From contig JBMNIW010000011.1 in NCBI GenBank assembly GCA_050951325.1, positions 64,001 to 128,000 of the forward strand: a stretch of 64,000 nt of DNA. The letters are read 5' to 3'. This document shows positions 29,456 to 39,359 of the stretch, in pieces. The translations under genes were made by a program, and so were the position numbers. A model generated the notes under the pieces. The model was not told where the DNA came from and did not search any database. It saw nothing but the letters and a program-made list of their open reading frames with translations. This DNA comes from Clostridia bacterium (GTDB lineage: Bacteria > Bacillota > Clostridia > UBA1212 > DUPL01). The number at the start of each line of letters is the position of its first letter. The stretch's first letter is position 1.

Positions 29456-30377
29456 TGCCAATTACCTCCAGGAAGATTTGTTCAAGGGATTGAACCGTCT
29501 TGCTAATTGACACTATCCTTACATCGGACAGCGCAAATGCTTTTATGAGTTTTGAAATATCCTCATCAGTACCGTTAAACACTGCTTCAACATTGTTTCC
29601 TTCCCTTACCATTTCACCTACCAAGTCATTGGTACGCATTACAGCAACGCCGTTCTGCAAGTCCTCATCGGCAAGGAAGCCTATTGTTATTTTAGCACGT
29701 CTGCCCATCGTATCCATAATTTCATCAATATTTCCGGAAACCACTGCCTTGCCTCGTGAAAGAATGCAAACCCTGTCGCACATTTCAGAAAGTTCGGGCA
29801 GTATGTGGGAGCTTATGAGTATGGACTTGCCCTGAGCTTTTAATGCTTTTAGTATGAATTTCATTTCCGCTCTTGCCTGTGGGTCCATGCCTGATGCCGG
29901 TTCGTCCAGGATAAGGAGCTTGGGCTCGTGGATAAGGCTTCTGGCAAGACACAATCTCTGCTTCATTCCCCTTGAAAGGGTATCAACATATTTGTCCTTC
30001 TTGTCTGCCAGGTTTACAAGGCGAAGCAGGTCGTCTATAAGGGGGCCTCTTTCACCCTTTGGCACATTGTGAGCATCTGCATAAAAATCCAGATACTCAT
30101 CCACTTTCAAGTTGTCGTATACTCCAAAAAAGTCCGGCATGTAACCGATAAGTTTTTTTGCTTTTGCCGGATTCTGCATAATGGATATTCCATCTATGTA
30201 GGCTTCACCAGCTGAAGCATTCATAAGGCATGCCAATATCTTCATCGCAGTGGTCTTTCCAGCGCCGTTTGGACCCACAAAACCATATATCTCGCCTTCC
30301 CTGACTTCTATGTTCAATTTGTCAAGAGCAAGGAAGTTACCGTAATATTTAGTCAAATTAACTGTTTTTAATAACAT
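29445..30377 (-). CDS. ABC transporter ATP-binding protein
   Basis: GPNGAGKT, LSRGMKQR, LILDEP, SSH. Confidence 0.95.
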   Translation of the reverse strand: MLLKTVNLTKYYGNFLALDKLNIEVREGEIYGFVGPNGAGKTTAMKILACLMNASAGEAYIDGISIMQNPAKAKKLIGYMPDFFGVYDNLKVDEYLDFYADAHNVPKGERGPLIDDLLRLVNLADKKDKYVDTLSRGMKQRLCLARSLIHEPKLLILDEPASGMDPQARAEMKFILKALKAQGKSILISSHILPELSEMCDRVCILSRGKAVVSGNIDEIMDTMGRRAKITIGFLADEDLQNGVAVMRTNDLVGEMVREGNNVEAVFNGTDEDISKLIKAFALSDVRIVSISKTVQSLEQIFLEVIGNEN

Positions 30378-30392
30378 ATATCTCAACCTCAC

Positions 30393-32909
30393 TTATTTAT
30401 CCGAAAATTCATACGTCACAGATTCTATGGTCAGTGGCTGACTCTTGTCTATTGGCTCTATCCTTATATGGAAAAATACATATTCGCGGACAGGTTCATA
30501 AATGTAGCTTCCTCTCACAGAGTAATCTCTGTAAGTGAACTCGCTCATTAAAAATTTGAATGGCGATCTTCCTTTTCCAATGTATTCCAAGGTATTGGAG
30601 TCGAATAAAAAGTTGTTGACAACAATATCAACGTCCTCCACTGTGCTTATATTCAGAACAAGCTGCTTATGCATGATATACTCCCTGGGTGCACTTATCT
30701 CATAAATGGCATAATGCTGGGGATCATCAAGAAACACACTGTCGCCCTTAACCTCTCTAACATAACTGAAGTCTTCTATGAAATTGGGCAGATATTTTTC
30801 CTCGGATTGCAGATCCACATATCCATGCAGGCTTACACTCTGATGAACTATTGTGTTGTTGTATGTCTTGGATGGTTTTCTATCATTAATCATGACATTC
30901 ATATCCGGTCCGTCAACAACAAATCCTGCAATATGCATCTGGGGAGACATGGAGAACTCGGTTGCCCCAAGCTTTCGAGTAAGCAGTTTCAACAAAAGAC
31001 CTGCCTTGATACCTTCTTCTCTCCCCAACTGATCTATCAAACTATTTATATGCGGGTCTCCATAGTATCCATATCCATGATTGTATGCGTTGAACATGGA
31101 CATTACCCTGTTGCGAACTCTGTCCTGATAGCTATTTTGGATGGTACGTACAGGCGAGTAATTTATATCCACAGTATCAAGGTATTTGAAATAGTCGAAT
31201 GTATTCACCTTATCGTAAATTGTTACAACCACCTTTTCCAGGTCATAACCTGTATTGTTCTTTAGCCTGATTGTCATGTTGCCGTTTTCCCTAACAATGA
31301 ACTCGGTTTCTATTCTGCCATAGTTCTTTACATCCACAACGGATTCCGCATTGATAAACGACCACATGGTTGCACCTTTGACGGTCGCACTGGATTTAAT
31401 ATCCTGTCTGTATTCAACCGATTTGGACTCTTCACTTGTCATATAGTGGTCCGATTCATACTCAAAAAGGTTTGACCCAAACAACGCATCATTGTCATAG
31501 GAAATCTTGTAATTTCCATTAGAAGAGGTCATGACGGTTGTAGCGACATAGGCAGGCTTTTGCAAATCCGAATACGGATTAAGTTCTACAATAGTCAAGG
31601 TGCTGGCAACATTGCCGCCTCCTCTAGACAAATAACCGTACATAAAGATGGTTACGGAAAATACTACCACCACTATTGGTATGATTATCCACATCAGCTC
31701 TCGTTTGTCCTTTTTCTTCAGTATTGCATAGGAAACAGGACCAACTATGAGCATGTATACTACAATTATCACTACTATTAGCAGTATTGACGGCAGGAAG
31801 TTTTCACTCGAATGGCCAAGTATGTTAGCCACAGTATTTCCTGCGGTATAATAGTTATTACCGTCACCATAACCCACAAGGGCATGGGTGTTGTTCAGAA
31901 GAAACTCAAATATATATTCATAGTTGAATGCCCAACTGGTAAACTCGTTATCAGCCAAGGAAAAAGTCAGATAATAAAGGTTGTACTTGTCATGCTTGTA
32001 TGCAACAGGCACGCCCTTTACTTCATTTAGTAACTTAAGGTTATTGTCCTTTATTTCAACAATATTCAGCGCTATGTCTTTGGGTATGCCCCCACCCTGA
32101 TTGAACCTTGAGACCCACAGCATAACGTTTTCCCTGGTCAGCTCTCCCACATCATTCTCCACATATTCACTCATACCTGAAAAAGCATAAGTACTGGAAC
32201 TTCCGGTGCCGAATATTACATATCCACCAGTTTTAATGTAATAGTCAAAAGCATCCTTCTGTTCGCCTGTTAGCGAAGTAATATCGAAATCATTGACAAA
32301 GATTGCATCGAAAGAATCTATTGCGACCTTGGATACAGGAAAATTATCTGCATCCAGCGCTTCCACCCTCACTGCACTGTTCACATTAAACTTGCCCAAC
32401 ATATTTGAATATGCATTAAATTGAATATGCTCCATCTGCATCATATAGTTGAGCGAGTCCCTGTTTTCGGTCATTATGCCTATGTAGGTTACAGACATGA
32501 CACCATTGTTGCCTGATTGCACATTGTGGCGGGTGGTTTCATACAGGGTTTTGCCCTTGTCGTTTTCCAGAGTTATTCTATACCTCGTGTGACCTTTATA
32601 ATAAACATAAAGGGTTGTTGTCTTGGCTACTTTAGGTGGCAAAACAATAGGAGCGGACGTTCTTACTTCGCTTTCTCCTTCAAAGCTCAACACCAGGTTA
32701 CCTTCAATATTCTTGTTCGTTTTGTTTTCGATAGTAAGATTTACCGGCATCCATCTACCTTCGATTGGCCGATTGTTGTAGCCCATCTCGACAGATATGT
32801 CAAGATCATCCTTGTCCAGTTTGTCTGAAGAAAATAAAGCGTTGACTGAAACTACTGAAGACAATAACACAAGGATAAACACAAGCGCGATTGTGACAAT
32901 TCTTCTCAC
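30393..32909 (-). CDS. Large secreted/membrane protein co-transcribed with the ABC exporter
   Basis: Signal peptide; FDAIFVND...GGYVIFGTG GATase-like segment; central TM pair (LIVGPVSYAILKKKDKRELMWIIIP). Confidence 0.75.
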   Translation of the reverse strand: MRRIVTIALVFILVLLSSVVSVNALFSSDKLDKDDLDISVEMGYNNRPIEGRWMPVNLTIENKTNKNIEGNLVLSFEGESEVRTSAPIVLPPKVAKTTTLYVYYKGHTRYRITLENDKGKTLYETTRHNVQSGNNGVMSVTYIGIMTENRDSLNYMMQMEHIQFNAYSNMLGKFNVNSAVRVEALDADNFPVSKVAIDSFDAIFVNDFDITSLTGEQKDAFDYYIKTGGYVIFGTGSSSTYAFSGMSEYVENDVGELTRENVMLWVSRFNQGGGIPKDIALNIVEIKDNNLKLLNEVKGVPVAYKHDKYNLYYLTFSLADNEFTSWAFNYEYIFEFLLNNTHALVGYGDGNNYYTAGNTVANILGHSSENFLPSILLIVVIIVVYMLIVGPVSYAILKKKDKRELMWIIIPIVVVVFSVTIFMYGYLSRGGGNVASTLTIVELNPYSDLQKPAYVATTVMTSSNGNYKISYDNDALFGSNLFEYESDHYMTSEESKSVEYRQDIKSSATVKGATMWSFINAESVVDVKNYGRIETEFIVRENGNMTIRLKNNTGYDLEKVVVTIYDKVNTFDYFKYLDTVDINYSPVRTIQNSYQDRVRNRVMSMFNAYNHGYGYYGDPHINSLIDQLGREEGIKAGLLLKLLTRKLGATEFSMSPQMHIAGFVVDGPDMNVMINDRKPSKTYNNTIVHQSVSLHGYVDLQSEEKYLPNFIEDFSYVREVKGDSVFLDDPQHYAIYEISAPREYIMHKQLVLNISTVEDVDIVVNNFLFDSNTLEYIGKGRSPFKFLMSEFTYRDYSVRGSYIYEPVREYVFFHIRIEPIDKSQPLTIESVTYEFSDK

Positions 32910-33120
32910 AAATTTTCCTCCTTTGTCATTATGGCATAAACTAGTATATATTCTTTTTGTACCAATTACAATATTATTAGAAAAGATTTTACAATTTAAG
33001 CATCTTCACTTAACAAGATTAGAGCATTATAATACTATGGGGAGAATTTCTCCCTTTAATTTCGACATGTTATATATATTGCATATATAACCCATATTTT
33101 TAGTAACAAGGAGTAGTATT

Positions 33121-34065
33121 ATGAGAAAGAAAATCAGTATAATAGGTGCCGGCAATGTCGGCGCAACAATTGCATTCACTTTGGCCAGCCATGGAATTGC
33201 ATCAGAAATAGTTTTGATTGATATCAATAAAAACAAGGCAAGAGGAGAAGCCATGGATATACTCCAAGGGCTTGTCATGAACACTCCAATTGACATCTAT
33301 GCCGGCGAATATGAATGCGTAAAAGATTCCGACATCGTTATTGTCACAATGGGGCTTGCAAGAAAACCTGGACAGACAAGACTTGATCTTGCCCAGCAAA
33401 ATGTAAACATAACAAAAGATGTCATGGCGAATATAATAAAATATGCTCCGGATGCATTATACGTTGTAGTAAGTAATCCAGTGGATATAATAACATATAC
33501 ATTGATAAAGGCTTGCGGCATTCCTGCCGAAAGAGTTATTGGAACAGGTACGCTTCTTGACACAGCCAGACTTCGGTCTATCATTGCAGACAGAGTAAAT
33601 TTAAGCGGCCGAAACGTGCACGCTTATGTGTTTGGAGAGCACGGAGACACCTCCGTTATCCCCTGGTCCATTACATCAATCGCAGGGATTGACCTTGTAA
33701 CCTTTATAAAGGAGGACAAGGATATTCCAAACCAATATCTTGAACAGCTTCAACTGATTGAGAAAGATGTGAGAACGTCAGGAGCAAAGATAATTGAATA
33801 CAAGGGAGCAACTTTCTATGCAATATCCCTTGCAGTCAAGACTTTGTGCGAAAGCATCAAGATGGACAATAATTCAATACTTACTGTATCCACCATGCTC
33901 TCAGGACAATACGGCATAGAAGATGTTTGCCTGAGTATCCCAACCGTTATTGGAGCAAAGGGAGTTTTGAGATATATAACCCCCGCACTAAGCGAAGAGG
34001 AGCACAAAGCACTTATGCACAGCGCAGAGAGCCTTAAAAAAGTCATAAAGGAACTAGATATATAA
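33121..34065 (+). CDS. L-lactate/malate dehydrogenase family enzyme
   Basis: GAGNVG, ARKPGQTRLDL, SNPVD, GTLLDTAR, GEHGD, KGATFY. Confidence 0.92.
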   Translation: MRKKISIIGAGNVGATIAFTLASHGIASEIVLIDINKNKARGEAMDILQGLVMNTPIDIYAGEYECVKDSDIVIVTMGLARKPGQTRLDLAQQNVNITKDVMANIIKYAPDALYVVVSNPVDIITYTLIKACGIPAERVIGTGTLLDTARLRSIIADRVNLSGRNVHAYVFGEHGDTSVIPWSITSIAGIDLVTFIKEDKDIPNQYLEQLQLIEKDVRTSGAKIIEYKGATFYAISLAVKTLCESIKMDNNSILTVSTMLSGQYGIEDVCLSIPTVIGAKGVLRYITPALSEEEHKALMHSAESLKKVIKELDI

Positions 34066-34088
34066 ACACTCGCAAAGGAGCGACAAAG

Positions 34089-35468
34089 ATGGAGCAGAAA
34101 TACAGGGAATTTCAAGCCAAAAGGATGAAGATATTTGGCGAACTAGTAAAAAGATACTGGAACAACGAACTTACAACATCTTCCGATCTCGAAAAGCTTG
34201 CTTTGGATGTAAAGAGCACATTAGGTTTTTCAGACGATGATTTACCCTTCATTAAAGAACATATAAGGATTGCTATGGGACTTGACCCAAGAGGAGACAA
34301 GGCTTTTGAAAACGAGCTTGACCTGGTAAGGAAATCAAAATCCGTAGGACTTCCTGTAGTCTCCAGAATCGGATTGGTTTGCGAAAACTGCAACAACGAG
34401 ACATGCAGATGCACCACCTCATTGTATGAGTCGGACATATACAGAAAGCAGGCTGCAGAGGACGATTGTATTGACTGTGGCAACTGTATCCCTTCCTGTG
34501 ATTTGGGAGCCATTGCAGACAAGATTGAGTTTCTTCCGGTAATTGAACTGCTTAAGAACAAGCAGCACCCTGTATTTGCCGTTGTTGCTCCATCCATAGC
34601 AGGACAGTTTGGTGACAATGTCCAGCTGGGGCAGCTTAGAACCGCTTTTAAAATAATGGGCTTTGACGATATGATTGAGGTATCCTTGTTTGCGGACATA
34701 CTAACCATCGTTGAAGCCTTGGAGTTCAACAAACTGGTTACAACACAAAAGGATATCTTTCTAACCAGCTGCTGTTGCCCTGTGTGGTTCAACCTGATAA
34801 AGAAAGGATATCCGGAACTGGTTGACAGAATGTCACCTTCAGTGTCCCCTATGATTGCATCCGGAAGAATCCTTAAAGAGCTGTACAAGGATGCAAAGGT
34901 TGTATTTTTTGCTCCATGCATTGCAAAGAAAGCTGAAATGAAGGAAAAGGACCTTGTAGGTAGTATAGATTTTGTAGTAAACTTTACAGAACTCGCAGAA
35001 ATATTCAAAGCTCTTGAGATAAATGTCTCCACCTTGCCTTCAGACGAAAAGGATCAGGCTTCCTTTGTAGGAAGGCTTTATGCCCGTACTGGCGGAGTAA
35101 GTCTTAGCGTAAAGTCTGTAGTTAACAGACTTGAACCTACAAGACTTATTAAACTAAAGGCAAAACAGGTCGATGGAGTTAAAAACTTGCGAGAGGCTTT
35201 GAACTCATTAAAGGAAAACAAAGAAGAACCTCATGAGTTCAATTTCCTTGAAGGCATGGGATGTCTCGGAGGATGCGTCGGTGGTCCGAGAACCGTAATT
35301 GATATGGAATCAGGAACAAGGTATGCAAACCAGTTTGGTGAAGACTCTGTTATTATGACTCCTTTTGATAATGTAAATGTTATGAAGATACTTAAACAGC
35401 TGGGCATTAACTCGATTGAGGAACTCATAACGAATGAAAGAGCAAAGAAGCTTTTAATTAGAGAATAA
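34089..35468 (+). CDS. Monomeric [FeFe]-hydrogenase-family protein (TSCCCP type)
   Basis: H-cluster motifs TSCCCPVW, APCIAKKAE, EGMGCLGGCVGGP; CIDCGNCIPSC ferredoxin motif. Confidence 0.88.
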   Translation: MEQKYREFQAKRMKIFGELVKRYWNNELTTSSDLEKLALDVKSTLGFSDDDLPFIKEHIRIAMGLDPRGDKAFENELDLVRKSKSVGLPVVSRIGLVCENCNNETCRCTTSLYESDIYRKQAAEDDCIDCGNCIPSCDLGAIADKIEFLPVIELLKNKQHPVFAVVAPSIAGQFGDNVQLGQLRTAFKIMGFDDMIEVSLFADILTIVEALEFNKLVTTQKDIFLTSCCCPVWFNLIKKGYPELVDRMSPSVSPMIASGRILKELYKDAKVVFFAPCIAKKAEMKEKDLVGSIDFVVNFTELAEIFKALEINVSTLPSDEKDQASFVGRLYARTGGVSLSVKSVVNRLEPTRLIKLKAKQVDGVKNLREALNSLKENKEEPHEFNFLEGMGCLGGCVGGPRTVIDMESGTRYANQFGEDSVIMTPFDNVNVMKILKQLGINSIEELITNERAKKLLIRE

Positions 35469-35475
35469 AAATTTA

Positions 35476-35507
35476 AAAGGATGCATCTTGAATTTGATGC
35501 ATCCTTT
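35476..35507. terminator. Bidirectional terminator
   Basis: AAAGGATGCATC-8 nt-GATGCATCCTTT perfect 12 bp stem between convergent genes. Confidence 0.8.
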
Positions 35508-35517
35508 AATCTTTCCC

Positions 35518-37362
35518 TTATTTCTTAACTTCACTGAAGATATAGTTAAGTCTTCCGTAAGGAGCGCAGTCACCGTGGAGGTAGAAGGAGAATATGTCTC
35601 CTTGATCGTTTTCAAGCTGATAATTGTCAGCCCATTTGAACCTTATATCCACAAGTTCGTTGCTGGAAATATCCAATAAGGATTTCGGCACTTTCAACAT
35701 GAGCTTGTTGCCTTCAACTTTCATCTCAGCCTTGCCTACCTCTGTCCAGTTCCAGCCACCTTCAGACTTTTCAACCACTGCTTCATTTTCTGACGGGGAC
35801 TTGCGGTTAATGACAAAGTCGTAGCCTTCCCAGTTCTTTTCTCCACCCGTACTTATAAACAGATTCATCCACTGTGGATCTGATGACGGTGTTATATCCT
35901 CAACAGTCTGAACATAGAAGTAGATGTTATTCTTGTCTCTTGCCACCTTCATCAGTTCAAAGTCATTCCTACCGGTTTCGTCAGTATATCTGAGTCTGTT
36001 CTTTCCAACACCAAAACCATTGGCATCTCTGTCTACTGTATCGCCTGTATAGTCTTTGTAAACTGCTGGGACATTGTTCCACTGTTCAAAGCCGCCATTA
36101 ACGTCAATTGTAATATTGTCCCCCACATTGACTCTTGGTGCCACACCTTTGAACTTCCTTATGTAATACATCATCTGCATATAGTAGTTGTCGCCAAAAC
36201 CGCCTTTCATTGGCTCTGCGTCACGGCTGTTATTGGGGTCGGCACAGTCAACAAAAACGATAGGCTCATTTGGGTTATTGGATGGCTGACGCTGTGCAAC
36301 CCATTCATTCCAACCGGTTATGAAGATTATCTTTGGATCATTCTGGATTGCATATTCAAACTCGTTTGCAAAATTGTATCCATACAGGAATGCATCTGGA
36401 GACTGATCATTTTCTCCGTCACGCCAGCTTCTGGTTCTGTTGTCGGTTGGATCATACCATGCAGAACGACTGAATCTAACCGACTTATTGTGCTGTGCAA
36501 GAGACACGCTCATTACCTCGGCTTCTCCCTTGCTGTTTCTGAATACCCATTGTTTTTCCTCGAAGTTCATCCATGGGAATCCGTCTTCATGGTGCACAAA
36601 CTCTCCGTCTTTAACTTCATTTGGCCATTGGGATTTCTTTATTCTGAAGAATTCCTTTACCTCCGGTTTCAGTGTAGCATCATCAGGATGTCCAATAGCA
36701 AGAGGTTTTCCTTCCCAGAAGAACCACAAATGTTCATATTCAGGATACTTTTCGTAAATATCCTTGTAAATTGTATTTAATGTTTGCCCGGATGCGGAGT
36801 TGGTATAAAATGATATTTTGGGAACATTCCATCCTTGCTGATAGTAGTGGTCGAGAACCTTGAGCAGCTTTAAAGCTTGTGCGGAATATGTATAACCGTT
36901 AGTTGTGTCAAAGGTTAGGAAATCAACTCCAGCATCAGTCAGCATCTGCACATGCTTATGCATTACCCAAACGTCATCCGATGTGTAGTAGCCAAACAGT
37001 GGTTCAGCCCAGAAATGATGTGCTCCTACAGGACCGCCGCCTGCTGCTATCCAGTTCTTTTCAGAAAGTATGGCATCAGGATTATTCGTTACTATCTTCC
37101 AGTTGTCATGCGGACCTGACAGCCCATGCTGGCCTTGCCACAGGAAGTAAAATACGCCTACATACCTGTCTTCTCTTGGCGCAGGAGCCTCTCCGTACTC
37201 AGGCAGCACTCTTCCTAAGGAATCCACGCCTGCCAAGGTACCGTTTTCTTCTGCAAATGGTCCTTCATATTTTACCGGACCCTTTTGTCCTCCTACACAG
37301 CCAACAAAAGTGACCAACATTGTAATCACAATTAAATACATTATCAACCTTTTGCGAGCCAT
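35518..37362 (-). CDS. GH99/GH71-like putative glycoside hydrolase lipoprotein
   Basis: Lipobox FVGC; DSLGR, YVGVFYFLWQG, EPLFGYY, FITGWNEW, SRDAEP, GDNYY. Confidence 0.7.
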   Translation of the reverse strand: MARKRLIMYLIVITMLVTFVGCVGGQKGPVKYEGPFAEENGTLAGVDSLGRVLPEYGEAPAPREDRYVGVFYFLWQGQHGLSGPHDNWKIVTNNPDAILSEKNWIAAGGGPVGAHHFWAEPLFGYYTSDDVWVMHKHVQMLTDAGVDFLTFDTTNGYTYSAQALKLLKVLDHYYQQGWNVPKISFYTNSASGQTLNTIYKDIYEKYPEYEHLWFFWEGKPLAIGHPDDATLKPEVKEFFRIKKSQWPNEVKDGEFVHHEDGFPWMNFEEKQWVFRNSKGEAEVMSVSLAQHNKSVRFSRSAWYDPTDNRTRSWRDGENDQSPDAFLYGYNFANEFEYAIQNDPKIIFITGWNEWVAQRQPSNNPNEPIVFVDCADPNNSRDAEPMKGGFGDNYYMQMMYYIRKFKGVAPRVNVGDNITIDVNGGFEQWNNVPAVYKDYTGDTVDRDANGFGVGKNRLRYTDETGRNDFELMKVARDKNNIYFYVQTVEDITPSSDPQWMNLFISTGGEKNWEGYDFVINRKSPSENEAVVEKSEGGWNWTEVGKAEMKVEGNKLMLKVPKSLLDISSNELVDIRFKWADNYQLENDQGDIFSFYLHGDCAPYGRLNYIFSEVKK

Positions 37363-37477
37363 CTTAATACTCCCTTCACTTATTATTCAACTAAATTATA
37401 TAACATTGTTGCGAGTATGTAAACTAATATAACTGTTTAATAATTGGTAATATCAACTTTTTAATATGCAAATAGTA

Positions 37478-37543
37478 TTGACATAATATTATAGGTAATA
37501 TAATATATTGACAGAATAATATTATACGGCGTATAATATTATT
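37478..37543 (+). promoter_or_regulatory. Tandem sigma-A promoters with a 13 bp inverted-repeat operator (probable PadR site)
   Basis: TTGACA at 37478 and 37508; TATAAT at 37532; AATAATATTATAC-ggc-GTATAATATTATT at 37515-37543. Confidence 0.65.
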
Positions 37544-37574
37544 GAATTTTATCATTAACACATGAGGTGACGAC

Positions 37575-37901
37575 ATGGCATTTAATGTAACCACAACTCT
37601 GTTGGATGCGCTTGTTCTATCCGTGGTTTCCAAAGAGGATACCTATGGATATAAAATAACACAGGAAGTAAAGGAAGCTATCGACATTTCCGATTCCACG
37701 TTGTATCCTGTACTGAGGAGGCTGCAAAAAGACGACTGTCTTAACATCTACGATGTGGAGCATTCAGGCAGAAACCGCAGATATTACAAAATCACCAACA
37801 AGGGAAAACTCCAGCTCGCCTTATACAGGGAGGAATGGGAAATCTTCAAAAAGAAAATCGACTATGTGCTAAAAGGAGACGATGATGATGAACAGGTTTG
37901 A
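37575..37901 (+). CDS. PadR-family transcriptional regulator
   Basis: YGYKI, STLYPVLRRL, GRNRRYYKIT.KG. Confidence 0.93.
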   Translation: MAFNVTTTLLDALVLSVVSKEDTYGYKITQEVKEAIDISDSTLYPVLRRLQKDDCLNIYDVEHSGRNRRYYKITNKGKLQLALYREEWEIFKKKIDYVLKGDDDDEQV

Positions 37902-38583
37902 TGAAATACCAAACAGCAAGGATGAATTCCTGCAAAGCTTGGAGATGCTGCTTGCTCCCCTTTCTGAAACCGAGAGAAAGGATGCCTTGTCATTTTACCT
38001 GGAATACTTCGATGAAGCAGGTTCCGAGAATGAAATGAGCGTTCTCAATCAGCTGGGCTCTCCAAAGTCTGTTGCAGACAAAATCCTTTCAGAAAGCGGA
38101 TATGTCACGGAGGTGGATGAGGAAAAGAATGAGGGTGAAAATGATAAAAAGGAAGAAACCATAAAATCAAACACCCCCATTTCAAATACAAAATCCTCCA
38201 TCAAAAAAAACCCTGCATTACTCATACTTATTGTAATTGCAGCAATACTTACATTCCCCATATGGATATCCGTTATTGGAGTAATAATCGGGTTGATTGG
38301 TGCTTTAATAGGAATTTTGTTTGGCATATTTGGAGCCGCCCTGGGTCTTCTTATTGGTGGTATTGTAACATCAATTGTAGGTGCGGTGGCTATTGCAAGT
38401 TCAGTATTTGACGGTCTTTTAGCGCTTGGAATAGGACTTGTAATGTTCGGCATAGGGCTTTTATTAATACCACTACTGGTAAAGTTATGCGTTACAGTCA
38501 TTCCCGCAGTTATCAGATTCGTTATAGATATTGTCAAATTACCCTTTAGAAGGAAGGTGAATATACATGAAAACGTTGTTTAA
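37882..38583 (+). CDS. DUF1700 (HAAS-domain) membrane protein
   Basis: FL..L..LL..L...ER.DAL.FY.EYFDEAG...E..VL..LGSP..VA; Gly-rich TM region. Confidence 0.85.
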   Translation: MMMNRFDEIPNSKDEFLQSLEMLLAPLSETERKDALSFYLEYFDEAGSENEMSVLNQLGSPKSVADKILSESGYVTEVDEEKNEGENDKKEETIKSNTPISNTKSSIKKNPALLILIVIAAILTFPIWISVIGVIIGLIGALIGILFGIFGAALGLLIGGIVTSIVGAVAIASSVFDGLLALGIGLVMFGIGLLLIPLLVKLCVTVIPAVIRFVIDIVKLPFRRKVNIHENVV

Positions 38584-39343
38584 AGTCACTATTATTGCCG
38601 CATGCGTTTTTATTATCTTCGGCATTGCACTTTCTATTGTTGCATTTGTACACGGAGGTCGTTTGATTGGCAACCTGGGATACTACAAAACCGGTTCTTT
38701 TGAAAAAGAGTATACCGATGTATCCTCAATAGACTTTGACTTTGCTGCCTGCGATGTGAAGATAAAGACAGGCAGTGGTGATACTTTTAAAATCAAGGGG
38801 AAAAATATTCCGCTTGACTTGTTGCACTCCAAGGTTGAAAATGGTACTTGGTCAATAGAGTTCAAAGAGACCAGAAGAAGCTGGAGAAGATTTTTAGGAA
38901 TAAGCATATATAATAGCATGAGTATTGAAATTACTCTTCCGAAACACCATTCCTTTGATGAGGCAACCATAAGCGGAGGTGCAGCGGCTATAGAAATTGA
39001 GAACCTGAATGCCAAAGAAGTGGAACTTGACATAGGCGCTGGTACCATACATGTTGACAAACTGTATGCAAAAGAGCTAAAGTCTGCAACCGGTGTTGGC
39101 GATACAATAATCGAAGGCAGAATTGACGGCGATGTGGAAATTTCCTGCAGCGTTGGAAATGTGGAACTTGAACTCGACAACCATCCCAAAGATTTCAACT
39201 ACAAGATAAATGTATCAATTGGAACGGTTGATGTTGAAGGTGTAAGTCTATCCAAATCTTCATCCCAGAATATTTTCAACGATGCGGATTACACTATGAC
39301 GATTGACTGCAGTGTTGGTTCTGTGGATATTAAATTTGACTAA
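38567..39343 (+). CDS. DUF4097 beta-strand-repeat (adhesin-like) protein
   Basis: N-terminal TM; repeated GAGTI/GVGDT/SVGNV/SIGTV units. Confidence 0.8.
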   Translation: MKTLFKVTIIAACVFIIFGIALSIVAFVHGGRLIGNLGYYKTGSFEKEYTDVSSIDFDFAACDVKIKTGSGDTFKIKGKNIPLDLLHSKVENGTWSIEFKETRRSWRRFLGISIYNSMSIEITLPKHHSFDEATISGGAAAIEIENLNAKEVELDIGAGTIHVDKLYAKELKSATGVGDTIIEGRIDGDVEISCSVGNVELELDNHPKDFNYKINVSIGTVDVEGVSLSKSSSQNIFNDADYTMTIDCSVGSVDIKFD

Positions 39344-39359
39344 GGAGGAATGTATTTAA

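Noticed and set aside
32957-33016. Possible Rex boxes upstream of the LDH/MDH gene (e.g. TTAGAAAAGATTTTACAA)
   Set aside because: Too many mismatches to TTGTGAA-N4-TTCACAA in an AT-rich region to support a call
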